Positions 13,101 to 28,100 of a DNA stretch of 64,000 bases are shown one piece after another. The DNA is from Oopsacas minuta (taxonomy: Eukaryota > Animalia > Porifera), in contig JAKMXF010000244.1 of the NCBI GenBank assembly GCA_024704765.1, positions 487,905-551,904 on the forward strand. Reading direction: 5' to 3'. The translations under genes were made by a program, and so were the position numbers. Position 1 is the first letter of the stretch. The number at the start of each line of letters is the position of its first letter. Below the pieces are notes generated by a model. It did no database searches. It was given only the letters and a program-made list of their open reading frames with translations, and was not told the origin of the DNA.

Positions 13101-16100
13101 ATATAATATTTAGTGGGCAGAGTAAAGTGGAGAATATGATAGCATACAGTAGATACCGGATAATTTAAGACATTTTTCCGCGAAAAATTGTTAAATATAT
13201 ACAACGGTCAATACGCTAAAACACAAAATTTTAGACATTCAATGTATGAAACTTTGTGTCAATTGTAACCTGTTGAAAACTATCCGATTTTAACTGTATA
13301 TGTAAATGGTTACCTTTACGAGATTTGGTAAGAAGTTGATTGATAAAATCAAGTAATTTATCGCCTAAAGGAAGTATCGAAATAAGCATGAATTGGCAAG
13401 TTGAAGTTGGTAATATGGTCCCTCCTGTTGAAATAGCGTTTGCAAGCACCAATAATTTATCACATCTTTCTTCAATAGACTTTTCCTCTTCACCGGCATA
13501 TCCTAACATAGCATAGTCAAAGTATGCATAAATTATTTCCTGATTCAAAAATATTGAGGAATGTAATTGAGATACCATAATTGAAGTTTCATCAATTGAG
13601 TTTTCTTTTTGGTAGATCAATAGATCGGCAAATGTATTGATTGAAGAAGTAAGGCACTGCCGAAATTCAGGATAAATCGGGAGGAAGAGAGGGGAAAAAA
13701 AGTTAAAACTGGGAGAATTCTCTAGAATATTACACATTATACGATATATGCAAACATCCTTAACTGAATGAATTATGATGTCGTAGTAAGTGTGTAGAAC
13801 CAAATTTGCATTACAGAAATAACGAAGATTCGGCAGACCAATGAGCTCAAATGATTTCTGTAAAAGTAGCGAAGTTGAGGCATTAGATATCAACTTATAA
13901 AATTTCTTTGAAATGAAATGGTCAATAGTGCACTGGGGGGGTAGTGATAATAAGGGAGCTCGGTGGATTAATGAAGATATCTCCGGTAAAAAGCTTGATA
14001 ATATATCTTCATCGCAACCCCATTTGATTAGACTTTGAATTAAAGAAGAAGTGGTAGAAATACAGTGCTTAAACATAGGAGCAAGACTATTTAATGGATC
14101 AACAGAAAGGGATGCTACATATTGTTCCAATATATCATTCAACGAATGCTTGTTCTCTAAGAAATTCGCACCTAACAGACTAATTTCATCGAAACAAGAG
14201 AGGGAAATTTGTTGATAAGAATCATAAACTCGCATTGAAGATTCGTTTAATGATGCATCGAAGAGATGGAGATTAGGTGATGGAGGAAAGTGCGTTAAAT
14301 CTTTACTACTAGATTCTACAGTACACGTACTCAGCAAGCAATAAATTATATCAAAATTTCCAGGGGAATCAATTATGAAGTATCTTGTACATAAATCAGA
14401 TAAGAAATCAATAAACTTAAGTACTAATGGAATCAAACGGACAGAAACATCAGAGATAATAAATTGGGGCAAAGAAGAATGTAACATAGAAGATTCGAAA
14501 AAGGAAGCTTCCGGTTCATTGGGCTTTTGAATATTGACTATATCCCCACAATTCAAATCAACGTTACTATTATCGTAGGGAAATGAAATTTGATTTTCAT
14601 CACTAGCCAAGGTATCGATAGGCTTTTCAGTTTCAAGGGTTTGACAAGAAGTGGATATTGTAGGATCGTTTCCAAACCTTTGACGATCTACAATGACCAC
14701 GACTGTCTGATCCACTATTTCAGAATCCACTTCCTTGCCTGAAAATAGAGTTGATCCAAGAATACTATTAGCGGCTAGTTTTTTCAGAGAATTTAGTGTT
14801 TCAAATAACTTAAACATAATAGAAGTTGAAACAAGCAACAACTGAAAAAGTGAAAGTGTATTAGAAGTTGTGACGGTAGAAAAGAAATTTTCGGCAAGTT
14901 GTATAACATCAATCGGACGAAGAAAGTTTTGATATCGCATTTCCTCTTTGAAAATAAATTCAGCAGTTGGAAGTTTGTAAGCTCCTTCACGAATATTTCC
15001 TTTCATTGAAACAGAATTTGACGGTAAATTTAAGGAAATCAATTTATAAGTATCCAATGCAGTAGTAATGGTTTGAATACTGGAAGGTTTAAGGTCTGGG
15101 AGTGGAAGATAAGAAAGAATGTTCTTTATAGATTCATATCGATAATGAAAAAGGTGAGGAAAATAATACTTTTTGTTAGAAGAAACAGTTATCGCCTCAA
15201 TGTTATAAGTAAGATTCAATAACTCTGAATATATTTCTAAATATTGAATAGAATAATTTGAATGAAAATTACATAGAGTAGGCAAGCTATTAATATCCAC
15301 CTTTAGATCCGTCCTATCAAGTATTTCATACAATATAGGGATGGAATCAGGAAATGGCAGTGTAAATTCATCACAGTATTTGGAAATATAATGTTTAAAC
15401 GGAATGTCCAAAGAGGAAGTTGGAATATTTCCGGGTTGGGAAATTTTAGAATTATTTTGGAAACAAGCATTGATCAAGTTATATAGGCTATGGTAAGGCG
15501 AAGTTAAAAAGAAAACAAAATATTCTAACAGTAAAACAAGACGACATGAAGCCAAAATAGAAGATAGATTGTGAATATTAATCTTTGAGAAACCAAGAAT
15601 CAATCGTATAACCCTAACGAGTAATGATAATCTATACTCAAGAGGAACAGACGAGAAAGTAAAGAGAAATAATTGAATATGTAAGAAATTCACATCGTCA
15701 GTAGGGTGATCTTCACTGATGACAGAAATCTTGCGTTCTAAACTATCAATAAAAGAGGTCAAAAATCGTATGGAAAAATGATCACTTGAAGTAACCTGGT
15801 TATTCATATGATATAATATTGTCTTGGACAGTACAAAAAGCATGGTTTCTGATAAGAAGAGTGGCCATTTTTCGAATTTGAAACCAATTTTTTCCATAAA
15901 ATATATCTGAAATTTATTATCAAAAGAACCAGAAAATAAGAAATGGTGGAAAGTAGATTGTAAATTGATAGAAAAGTTAGGAAAATCTTCACTAAGATTA
16001 AATTTACTCTCAAAATTATAATTTTCAACTTCCATAAATAGAAAGCACAAAGCAGACACATGTGAATGACTTAATTCATGTTTCAAAAAGGTTTGCAGAA

Positions 16101-19100
16101 TAGCACAATGTGAAACCATAAAGATATGTTGAAGAAGGTTTAAAATATCACAACAAAATTTCAAGAAGTACGAAGGTAAATCCGAAAAAGCAACACGACA
16201 ATAATATTCAGATGAGACAACTGGGTCAAAAATAGAGAAATCTACAAAAGGATGGATATTTGAAGCATTTTCTCGATATGTGGGAACATTTGGAGGAGGA
16301 AGAGGTATTAAATGCGTGAGAACGCGAGAAATTTCAAATAGGTTAGAAAAATAAGTTAAGCAATGGCTAGTAATCAAAGGGAGAGGTGTTAACGAAAAGC
16401 ACTCTGGTCTATGAGTATTAGCGTATATTGGTAGACATTTGGCTAGTAATTGAATTTCATGAAACAAAGTCTCCTGGCATCTAACAAAACCATCAATAAT
16501 TGGAATATTTGAAGTTAAAAGAAATATAAAGACATCTTGTATACTTTCTTTAATAGAATTATCGGTCAGATTTGGAGATATACGCTCCCCACTCTTCATG
16601 GTTTGATTACACTCGAATAAAAATGAAAACACAGATGAAGCAAATGACTTGGTGTAAGAATTGATAAGAAAGGAAAATAAAATTGAGATAAGAGGAATCT
16701 GGTCCACAAGGTAATTAAAACGAGAGCGTGGAGTAGAAAAATCAAATATATCAGCTTCATCAAAAAGACACAAATCATGAGAAAGGGAATTATCTTGTGA
16801 AATTTCAGTAATGATATTACGAACTGAAGAAATAACCCAATATCCAATTTCAACTGTCTGAGGAGAAAGCCTAGAAATATAGAAATATAAACATAGTCAA
16901 AGCATTCTACGTACACTAGGGTAGCCAGCGGATATTTCTCCACTATTAAATTACTTTATTACCTTGCTCAAATAATTCAAGGTTAAACCGCTCCACTCAA
17001 ATAGTTGTTCAACCAAATATTGGGTGGAAAATAGTTGACAACAATAATTTTGTTGAATAGTATATTCGATTATATTTGGCCTACTAAAATACGGCTATAC
17101 ATGCTGCCACTCATGTTACTTCTAAGAGTCCTTTTTGTAATCCTCATAAAAGAAACATTAGGCCTCCAATGTTTCCGATTTGAACCGTCTTAGGATAATC
17201 AATTCAAGGAATCAATCAAGGCTAATTAGAAAGTTCAAACGGCCAACCTATATCTTGTTTAGGCACGAATATGCAATGGCGTCATAATTTATACATCTCG
17301 AGTGTTGTTTCAACATCCTGGAAACTGGGAAAATATTCACTACATTTAATCGAGCTCTTGAACTAATAATATTGCCCGTTCGGACTTTTTGAATTTAAAA
17401 GTAAAACAGAAAAAAGGTTTAGACATATAAACGGACTACAAATATTCACCCAGACTATAATCAATGGGTCTGTGTTACTCCATTATGTATATTCCCGAAT
17501 GTGTAGAGCATATCTCGTTGACTTGTTAGAATTTTAATATGTGTGGCAGAAGTGTCACACTACTAGAATATTGGCACCAGAATGGGATACAGTATGAAAA
17601 TCATTGAGATTTTCTAAACTGACTAGCAAATGATTGTATAGTTGGAAAGAATTCGATAATTGCAACATTTTTGTTCATATACCAAGTTGTGCAATCGTAT
17701 TAGTTATGTGCCCCCTCTATGACATGTGACACAAAATAGTAAATGCCAAGAAGTCAACGAGATATGCTCTACACAATTCGAAGTATACATAATGGGGTAA
17801 CACAGAGCCGTAGAATTTATATATGCTATCAGAATTGGTCCATCTCATTTGATTTTTATGCAATTATGAATGAATATGTACTTGGGCTGGTTCTCTATAA
17901 ATTGCAAAAACGTGGATAAAAAATATAAAAAATAAACATGTCCATGGATATAGACAAGAAAATGTTACCAAACCCATTCGTAGAGTTTTTCAGGTATATT
18001 ATAGTATGGATATTCAAGTATTCGCCGTATAGCCAGGATATGCGATTGTACATTTAGTCGTGATGAAATAATTATGTTTCGGTAATTGTATGCTGGAGAC
18101 TAAAAAAGTACTTACATCAATTATGCATTAGGGAGAATTCCATTCCAAATGATGACCATATATATGTTATGAGTTAGTATACCTCACAAGATGTCTTTAG
18201 TAATGTAGTTAGTAGGCCCCTCTTTGTAGCGGCAGTGGCAACGATGGAGAATGCAGCCGGTAAACTGTTGCAAAACTGTCAAACATGGTAGACTTGAAGG
18301 GAAAGTCGTATTGGGGCAGTTTCTAAAGACACCCTGGAAGAAGCATTTACTTACCTAAAGGAACGACTACGCCAAGAGGAAGACATCTTTGACTCGACAG
18401 CAAGCTTTCGTAGCATGACATGGATTGCAGGAGAGCGAGTCCAAGACTTCTCTGTCAGGTACATTGAGGAAGCTGTAATAGCTGGGATAAATGCGAAGAC
18501 TGCGTGCGTGTTTATGGTATCACAAGTACTCCCGGGAGTACGCCCCAAACTAAATACTGGGTTAAGGTTTAGGGTGACGGACTTGATTCCGACAGAGGGC
18601 TACAGAATAGTACAAATACTTCGAAAAACTCGAGCGGAAAATAGTATCCCACTGGATCAGGGATGGGCATACAACGTAGTCATGACAAGGCCTCTTGGGT
18701 AGAAACCACACTAGAAGAAATCGAAAGTGACGGGTCGGCTCTCAAGTGGTTACCCCTCCGAGTGTTCAAAGCTTCAGTCCAAGAGCATGCAATCAACGGT
18801 ATCCCAAATGACAAGAACAGATCGTCTGAAATGATATGCCTGTGGATCGAGCAATCATTTAATCAATAGATGTCCTGACAAACGTTGCTATGTTTGCGGA
18901 GAGGCTGGCCGTAGACCGTTTAATTGTCTCAATAAGTCGAGAAGACAGATGAAAAAAGGGGAGTGTAGGTATCGACAGGGGGAAGAATCAATTACGATTC
19001 TAGTCGGAATTGGATCTCAGGATTTAGCTGCAATGTTGGATACAGGTACAAAACTAAGTGTCATGGAACTCGAGACTGCATCTCATTATTAATTGACTAG

Positions 19101-22100
19101 GAGTATTGTACCTTCGACTAACAAAGTTTATGGATTGTGCGATAACCGGGTATGAGTATGTGGCTATGTCGACGCACCTATCCAATTGGGAACTCCGAAC
19201 CAGTGGTGGAACGAATCCAGGTCCTTGAGAGCAAAGAGCCACTTCTACTTCTAGGTATAAATTTCATGGAGCAACACGGAGCCATAACGTTTGACTGGGA
19301 TAACCGACGTATTAAACTTGGACGAATATGGATTCCAATAGAAGACTCTCTCAGGGGGGCACGGCACTGACGCGGCCCAGAGTCGCGAGGCAAGAGGAAG
19401 TGACGGCAACAGGGGCGAAATCGCTTTAAAGACTTATCAATTTCAACTTAGATGCTAGTTGCGTGTCCCAGTTCTAGGATTTGATTACTGAGACGAGTTC
19501 CTTTTCACGAGACATCACAAACGTCTGTGTCTATGCAAACTCAACGAATTCTAACCTATTTTGACAGAATATGCACGACCTCAGGGGTCACAAGCCAAAC
19601 GCATCCTCCCCACTGGGAGTCTGAAATTTCTAGGCAACTTGAGGAAATAATTACGACAGACCCCATGTTTGTAGACCGAGCAGATCTCCATGGTCCTCTA
19701 ATGTGATGATGATCAACAAAAGAGTTGGGACCTTACGATTTGGCATTGACTACCGTGAACTGAATGCATTTAATAAGAAAGATGTTACAGTTGATACTCA
19801 GTCGATATTCGACAAATTCGCCGGTAATCATTACTAGGGATGGGACGGAGCTCCGCGTAACTTTTCAGCTCCGTCTTTACATCCGCATCCGCGGATGTGG
19901 GAAATCTCACATCCATCCCATCCCTAATCATTACTTCTCAAAAATTAGACATTGCCTCAGCATATTGGACTATTCCAGTTAACCCCCAGGATGTCGAAAA
20001 GACAGCTTTACACCGCCAAATGGTATGTATGAAATGCTGGTGATACCCTTGGGTTTGTGCAAAGCACCCGCCACATTTCAGAGAGTGATGGACAAGACAT
20101 CCGATGGAGCTCCCAACTGCGAGAGGTATGTTGACGATATACTAATCTTTTCGCCCACATTTGAAGAACACCTCCAACACTTGAGGATAGCCTTCCAGGG
20201 TCTTGATGCCGCCAGTCTCCAATTGTGAAAGGACAAGTGTGAACTTGGTCTCGGGAATTCGAGTTCTTAGGTCACCGGATATGAAGTACGGGCAGAAATC
20301 CAACGCCTGATTATATCCACAAGTTAGAGAACTTTCCTCACCCGACAACAGTCATGAGTTACAAAGATTCCTAGGTACTGTTAACTCCAATCGTTGCTAC
20401 ATGAAGGACTTGCCTGGGATTGCTGAGCTACTATATGCTCTTCTAAAGAAAAGAAAATGTTGGAGATGGGACGAACGATGCTGTGAAGCATTTGAGAGAC
20501 TTCGATCACAGTTAGTGAAAGAACATGTATCTTATGCGTATCCGGACTGGCGAGCGGAGTTCTACGTACAAGTTGACGCAAGTAGTAGAGGAGTAGCAGC
20601 AGTATTACCACAGCTAGATATGGAAACTAAGAAACTTCGACCTATTCAGTTCAGAAAATTACTCAGCCTGCCAGTGGAGATGTGGGCATTGGTGGCAGAT
20701 TGCCGTAATGGTCGGAATACTTAAAGGGCGCTTCAAGTGTTACTCTAATGACCGACCACTGTCCTCTAAAGTAGCTCAAATCACAGAAAGATCAAAGCAC
20801 ACGTATGCTCGCTGGTTAATGGAGCTCCAGGAACTACCCTTCAGAATTGAGTATCAGCCAGGTAACGAGAATCAAGTTGGGGGACTACCTGAGTCGCAAA
20901 CCAGGGATGAGCTTTGATGAAGACATCAACCTGGAGGAAGAATTTGAGCAGTAATTTTCAGGTGGCGAGTAAAACGGAAATCTATCGAACAATTGTGGGA
21001 CAGAAATTGTACCCAGTTATCGTTGATGGTTTAGCTCAGTTAGATCAGGGTGTAAGAGTTAAAACTGGACAGCTGAAAAAAGATAGACTCACTGCTGTAG
21101 GGGGAGTTTTGCTGTTTGGGAATCGGCTTGTAGTTCCAAAGCATCACCAGAGCGAAGTTATTGAAATAGTTCATTCACAACATCACATTGGCCAAGCTGC
21201 GACCCTCCGTTCGCAGCTGAGGAATTTCTTTTGGTTGAATATGGCTCGCGAAGTGAAGTCCTTTGTCGTGGATGTTCAGTATAACAAAGAGGAAAACACA
21301 AAACTCGAGCACGGGAGCCTATGTGCGAAATGGATATTGGGGAGAAAATTCCCGGTGAAGCAAGCGATGGATATTGGGACGCTTCCCTGGACCAACGATG
21401 AATGCTCGGGGTACAGATACTTTCTATTGATGGTCGAACTTTCTACACGATATGTTGAGATCCTACGGTTAAAAGACCAGGAAATGTGTACGCTACTGAA
21501 TGCCTTTGTACAGCGTTGGGTATACAGGGATTTTGGCCAAAAGACAGGGATAGATAAGAGGGGGATTACAGCTTATCATCCACAATGCGATTGTATGATG
21601 GAAAGAAATATTGGCCTCGTGAAGCAGGTCACAAGGTGCTTCCAGATGGACCGCCATCTACCAAAAGGTTCCTTGCCAAATTTACTTTCGGAGGTCAGTT
21701 TCCACATTAATCGAATGATTAATAGCACCAGCCGCCTTCGCCACACATATTCCATTTGGACATGAGCCTCTCTCTCTCTCTCGAATGGACTCTTGGTGCT
21801 GGACCTTGGATAAGTCTAAAGATATTCGCACGGAGATTATCTACAAACGCTCAGTAGGCAACAAGAAGAACATCAAGAATTAGCTGCCAGAATATATTCA
21901 GAAGAACCTATCGAGTGAGCGGAGGAGGCACAACAAGGGAAGAAGTTAGAGTCACTTCTAAATTGTATACGAAAAGTAGCTACAATTGATGAGACTTCTG
22001 AAATCACCATCTATCCCTAGCAATGCAGTTTTTAGCTAATGAAATCGACAATCGTGAAACAGCCTTATTACTAAATCAATAGTTTATGACTGAAATCCTA

Positions 22101-25100
22101 GAAAAAAAGAGGCAAAATCGTTCAAGTTGACAAGTCGATATTTTTCTAGATCTATAAATTGGAAGGCGGAAGTTCACACAATAATAACGCTAGCTGTTGC
22201 TCCCGAATGTTGCGAATTTTCCTTCTTTTAACAAAAATGTTGACTATACATAGAGATACCATCATTTCACGACCTTACATCTATATTTAACCAATCCTTC
22301 AATACCAATCGGAGGCATGTACTTCTCATATTCTATTTGTAAAACAAATCATTGAAAGAATCATAAGTATACTTGATTCACCACCATCTGACCAAGCAAA
22401 TCAATTTTATTTCAGAATGGCAGATTGACTGGATGTCCCGGGAAATTCATATCATATATATTCAAGACTCAAGAGTGTACCAATACGGCAACATAGAATC
22501 AGATTTTGTTCTGTTTGAACCGCTCTCTATTGCTACACTATTGGGAGAAATTATTTGGAAAAACATTAATGCCAACTCAACTTTTTATAAGACAAGAGAA
22601 TGGGAAGAAAACATTCGTAATCTCATGAATGAAATCATAAATCATGATACAGAAAACTTGAACGATTCTGGTATTTATCTTGATAATGGCAAACATGTCA
22701 AAGTAGGTATTCTGCGCACCATGTTTGAACGTTTCAACATAAAACATCAACTTATTTCAATAGATGGTTTAACCTCTCGATCTATCATCTGCATTCAGGA
22801 AAATATCGTTGATCTCCAACATCTCTACACATCAAAGAATTAATGGTGTTTGTACGAAAGATAGTTCAAGAAAATCAGCTACAAAAATACCAAGCAGATC
22901 CAAGGGAGCGGAACAACTTCTACTGGAACTATTGATATAATGAGAGCTCTCGGAAGAATTGAAGTTTGTTGAATGTGTTTTAGATCTAAATGAAATTCAG
23001 CATAGATCAACCAATTCTGATAGGTAAGTCAACACAGAAAAGCTTGGTGAATTGAGTCAAGAAACTTAACTCCTAATCTTGGACACATATCCATGGGTCA
23101 ACATAACTCCAAGATTACAAAAAATATTGGCTCATTCTCGAGAACTAATAAGTGTTTGTAACTCAAGCTACAGTCTCAAAAGCTTCTCGGAAGAAGGTTT
23201 AGAAGCTTGTAATAAACAAGTTAGGCATACAGATAAACTTTATCCTGAAACAATAGCTTCGAGACAAACACAATAGATATTTCTGCGCGACTAGCCTCTG
23301 AGAGCGATCCAGTTTGTTGACTCGAAACCACTGATTTGAGAAAAATGTAGCCAATGTAGTCATATGAAAAGATCGAAGTGTTGTGGAGAAGAGTTGAAAT
23401 TCAATTCTTGTATTGATGACCGTATCTATCCTCTAAAGTCTAAAGAAAAGTCTTTAGGTTATCGAACTTATGTATTTAGGGAAATATTGCAAATTCCACC
23501 TAACTACAGTTTCCAAAACTTAGTATAAATAGTTTAGAGTCAAGGAATCTTAATGAAAACTAATATAAACTGATCAACAGTAATATTTTTGTGGACAATA
23601 ACCTAGATTCTGGTTTTCTAGAGGAATAGGTAGTGAAATGCCATGTGAAAAATTCGGTAAACTTTGATGAAGTCATAATTTCGAAAATATGACTCTTAGG
23701 AAAAATTTCTGCATTCATTCAATTGAAAACATGGTAACTTATAGGTACATAATACATTTGGTATGGATATCTTGTACCAAATTACATAATTCCTACCATC
23801 TGCCATTATAAACCACTGTCAAATTATATTATACAAGGCAGTGGCGTAGCTAGAAATATCCCATGGGGGGGGGGCCATACTTGGACTTTGCGTTCTTAAA
23901 AATGTACTAGCCCACTCATCATAGAAGCCGTTTAATTATGTAATTTTATTATCAATTGTAAGTATGACTTCTTTGATATATGTATTGTGCCTACTACTTA
24001 TATCTGTACCGTATATAATGAGTTGCTAACTAAACTGGATAGATTCAAAAACTTCATTCATAATGTCCAAACGTTCAGGAAAAATTCTCGACTTTTTTAT
24101 CTCCAAACAAACTCGAATTGAACATACTTCTAATACATCAGGAAGCTATCCGATCCGGAAGCATTATTATCTCAGGATCTGGAAGGCTCCAATTCTCATC
24201 TTGAAGAAGTAGAGCAGTTACTTTCCTTATCTCCACGCAGTGTAGGTAATATTCTTATTCCGAATCAATTAGTCATTGGTTTTTATGTCTCTGATCAAGA
24301 GACTGTTGATATGGATCTCAGATTTGAACTATTAACTAAATGTTGGACTCCCCCAGCAATTGTATTTCCCTCCCATTATTCAGGGAGGTCGGAAAAGGTA
24401 TTTTAATCGTAGTTGGTTACTTAATTACCCTTGGCTTGTATACTCTGAATGCTTGACCGGTGCCTTTTCTAAAATTTGTGTCATCTTTTTGGATAAAAAT
24501 GATAAACTAGTGGGTAGGGTGGAACACAGAAAGTTGATTCTTTAGTAATACACCCATTCACTGGCTATAAGAATGTAATCAATCACTATGACAATCACAG
24601 TAAGCTAACCTACCACAGAGAATGTTGGGCAAAAAGCGAAGCTTTCAAACCCGTATTTGAGAATCCTGGGTAGATATTCGAGACCAGCTCAACCAAGAAA
24701 GGATCAAAATAAAACATTTGAACCGCAAGAGAATAGTGTCGATCATTGAGACAATCTTGTTTCTAGGTCGACAAAGAGTGGCATTTCGTGGACATCGGGG
24801 AGAGTCAGAAAAACTGATAATTGGAGAACCGAAGCAAAACGATGACAACTTTCGTGCTGCGCTTCGTTTACGTCTAAATGCGGGAGATACGGTTTTAAAA
24901 GATCATTGTCGTCCTGTGGAGCAAATGCTAAGTATTTAAGTCCAATAATCCAAAACGAGATAATCAATATCACTAGCGCACTGATAACTCAAAGATTGTT
25001 ACCGAAGTCCAGAAATGTGGTTCATTTTCCATTTTAGCTGATGAGTCAGCTCATGTTTCAGCTCATGAACAATTATCAATCTCTGTCCGTTATACTACCA

Positions 25101-28100
25101 GAAATGAAAGTTCTTCCATGTTAATGGAGAGTTTGCTCAGATTCGTAACTGTTTTTGACCTAACAGGTGAAGGAATAGCGAACTCAATTGAGAGATTCTG
25201 TCTTTCTGTTGGTCTTGACTTGAATAATTTGGTTGGAATTGGTTTAGATGCGGCTAGTGCAATGGCAGGTAAATTCAAAGGAATACAGGCTTGCATCCTT
25301 AAAAGTATCCAATGGCCCGCTATACCCATTGTTCTTCTCACTGTTTAAATCTTGCGATTGCAAAAGCTAGTACCATCGTTCTCGGCAATACATTCTCTAA
25401 TCTATCATCAATTATTTCATTCTTCCATGTGTACCCATTACGAGAGGAGAGACTAAGGTGTGCAATTCAAGTAGTGGACCCTGAATCGAAGCGTCAGCGA
25501 TTAAAATCTCTTTGTGAAACAAGATGGGTCGAAAGACATAATACAATATTGATTTTCATGGAATTGTTTGAGGCATTGTTGGTGCTATGGAGGAGCAAAC
25601 TGTGTTAATAGGAGAAACAGCAGCAAAAGCGAATCAACCCGCTTGTGTATTCACATCTTTCGAATTTATATATTCTTGCTCAGTTTTAGAAGGTCCAAGC
25701 GCTCTTTTTCTCCAAGTTTCCAAACAACTACAGTCGTCAAGATTAGATCTGATTAGAATATGCTCTACCATTGAGAGATTAATTGCAATTCTTGAAAAGG
25801 CGCGGCAAGATGATGATTTCATAATGGAAGTTTTCTGTAATGCAAAATTAAAAGCTCAAATATTTGGATGGACAGTTGCTCTCCAAAAGATCATTCCAGA
25901 AGTAATGCCCAATTTATTAGTCGAGAAGATGCTTTATATAAGGAAAAGATATTTATTCTTTATTACCAGTCGTTGATCGACACGATACACAATGAAAGGT
26001 GTTCAGCCTGCAAAATCTTACTCCAAGTCATGGAGCAAAAATGAATCTGGATAAGCTGTTAAACGTGATGGAACCAATGAAATCTCTTTTGCCTTTTGGT
26101 AGTGCTGAGATCGAAGCCCAGCTTAAAATTTGGGAGCATATTCGGCTGAAAATTTAGAGAAGTGTGTGTTAGTACCTGAAACTGCAATTGACTCATTAGC
26201 TGAATGCAATGAGGAGTTAATGCCAACAGTGTTTCAAATTCTCAAAATCTTAGCAACACCACCGATCACGACTGATACCAGCGAAAGAAGTTTTTCTACA
26301 TTAAAAAGGGTAAAAACATATTTGAGAAATACAATGGTAGAGGAGAGATTAACCGGTCTGGCGTTAATTTCAGTCCATGGAAGTGTTATTCATATTCATC
26401 CAGATGATATCATGGATGAAATGGCTAAAAGCAAGCGAAATATTACATTATATTATAGCATTTCATTTTTGTGTATTGTAAGAGTGAGTAAATAAATTTC
26501 ACAATCATATAGTTTTGTCAAAAGAATTTCAGGGGGGCCCATGCCCCCTGCCCCCTCCCTTGGCTACGCCACTGAACAAGGTGTCAAGTGCTAGATATCA
26601 GCTTATAGTCGAAGTTTCATTTATCTGTCTATCCTATTATCCGGAATGGATTATCTTTAGTATAGATGGCCTAGTAATTGAAAATAAATCCCTGATTTAG
26701 TCCCTTGTCTAAGCACAGTTCAACGATGGTATAATGAATTTATCCATGAGAATTTCATTCTGGAGGATGCTCTTCGTTTTGGGAGGCCAAATCTTATATG
26801 TAAGGAGGGAAATGTTGATCAGTACTAAGGCAGATTACTAACGACACTGATATAACTTAAGCTCAGTTAGAGTATGAAACAGAGTAATCATCGGGGACCA
26901 ATAATCTCCTTGTGTACAAAGAGCTTTGTGTCAGGAAGCTGTGTGCCCAATGGATCAGCAATTCTTTAATATTAGAGCAAAAACAGACCAGGATAGACCT
27001 GGCGTAATTGTGCTTAAAAAGTGTGTTAATAGAATCTCAAGAGCTGTTTAATTAATCCTTAAACTAACTTGGAGCACTAAGCTCGCACAGCAACCTAGCG
27101 AGCAAAGTGCGCTAGTACAAATACTTTCCCTATTGACTGGAGGATGAAAAAACAAGGATAATTTGCATGGGTTGACAATTATATAGTTCTCAAATTAATG
27201 CACCATATAGGCATATTAGTGTTAATTTTGTTATGAATCAGTGATAAACTTCAATTTCCGAGATTAATTCAAGTGAGAAGTGAGATTTTGTTTGATGAGT
27301 GTCACATTGGATCCGTGAGACTTGATATCTATGCAACACTTTTGTGAATACAGAACTAATATGATATCACAATGTATTACATGTAGTTAGATACTAATTA
27401 TGTCAACAAAATTAAACTTTCCCCCTCATCAAGTGTGAAAAATACATTTTCCGAACTAATTTTGTCAGCTGATCCCGAATCTGAAGTGAGGCGCAAGTTT
27501 GGTTAGATGGGGGGAACACCCCCCAGGTAGAAGTGAAGACCGTAATTTGTGAATTTACGTAGAAGTGGTAGCAATTTCTCTTGGTGGACCTCCTAGGCCT
27601 GATTTTGTTTCCAAAAATGGCGCCAATGTATATTTATATACCGGTGGGCCAAAGAACCAGACCCCGTGCACATTTCAGGCCACTTTGAAACAAACAAAGC
27701 AATAATAATCTATATATTTTATGTCAAGACATGTTCGAAAATCCAAAGACGATTTAATAGAGTATCCAGTAGAAGTCGTTGTGAGTTCAGAGAATTTTTT
27801 GAAACGCCGTCCTTCAAGGAAATTACACAACCATTTGCATATATTCGATGTCAAAAACTCCCTGTAAAATCGAGAATTCAGGATTGGGTTAAGAGATTTC
27901 AGACAGACAGAGCTATCAACTACATAAATAGTAAGTCCGAAAACCGTGCAAGTCATTCGGGGGGAGAAATAGTTTTGAAGAATGTAATAGGAATTTTGCT
28001 CTAAAAATCCAAAATGGAAAGATATTATGGAGTTCATCTAGAACATAAACTCTAATGTTCGTGGATTTCAACCTACGATAATAATAGTTTGTATTCATCT

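Noticed and set aside
23024-23060. GTAAGT as a second Transib intron
   Set aside because: The sequence is collinear coding (NSDR*VNTEKLGEL vs NSSHKVNTLELGKL), so it is a nonsense mutation rather than an intron.
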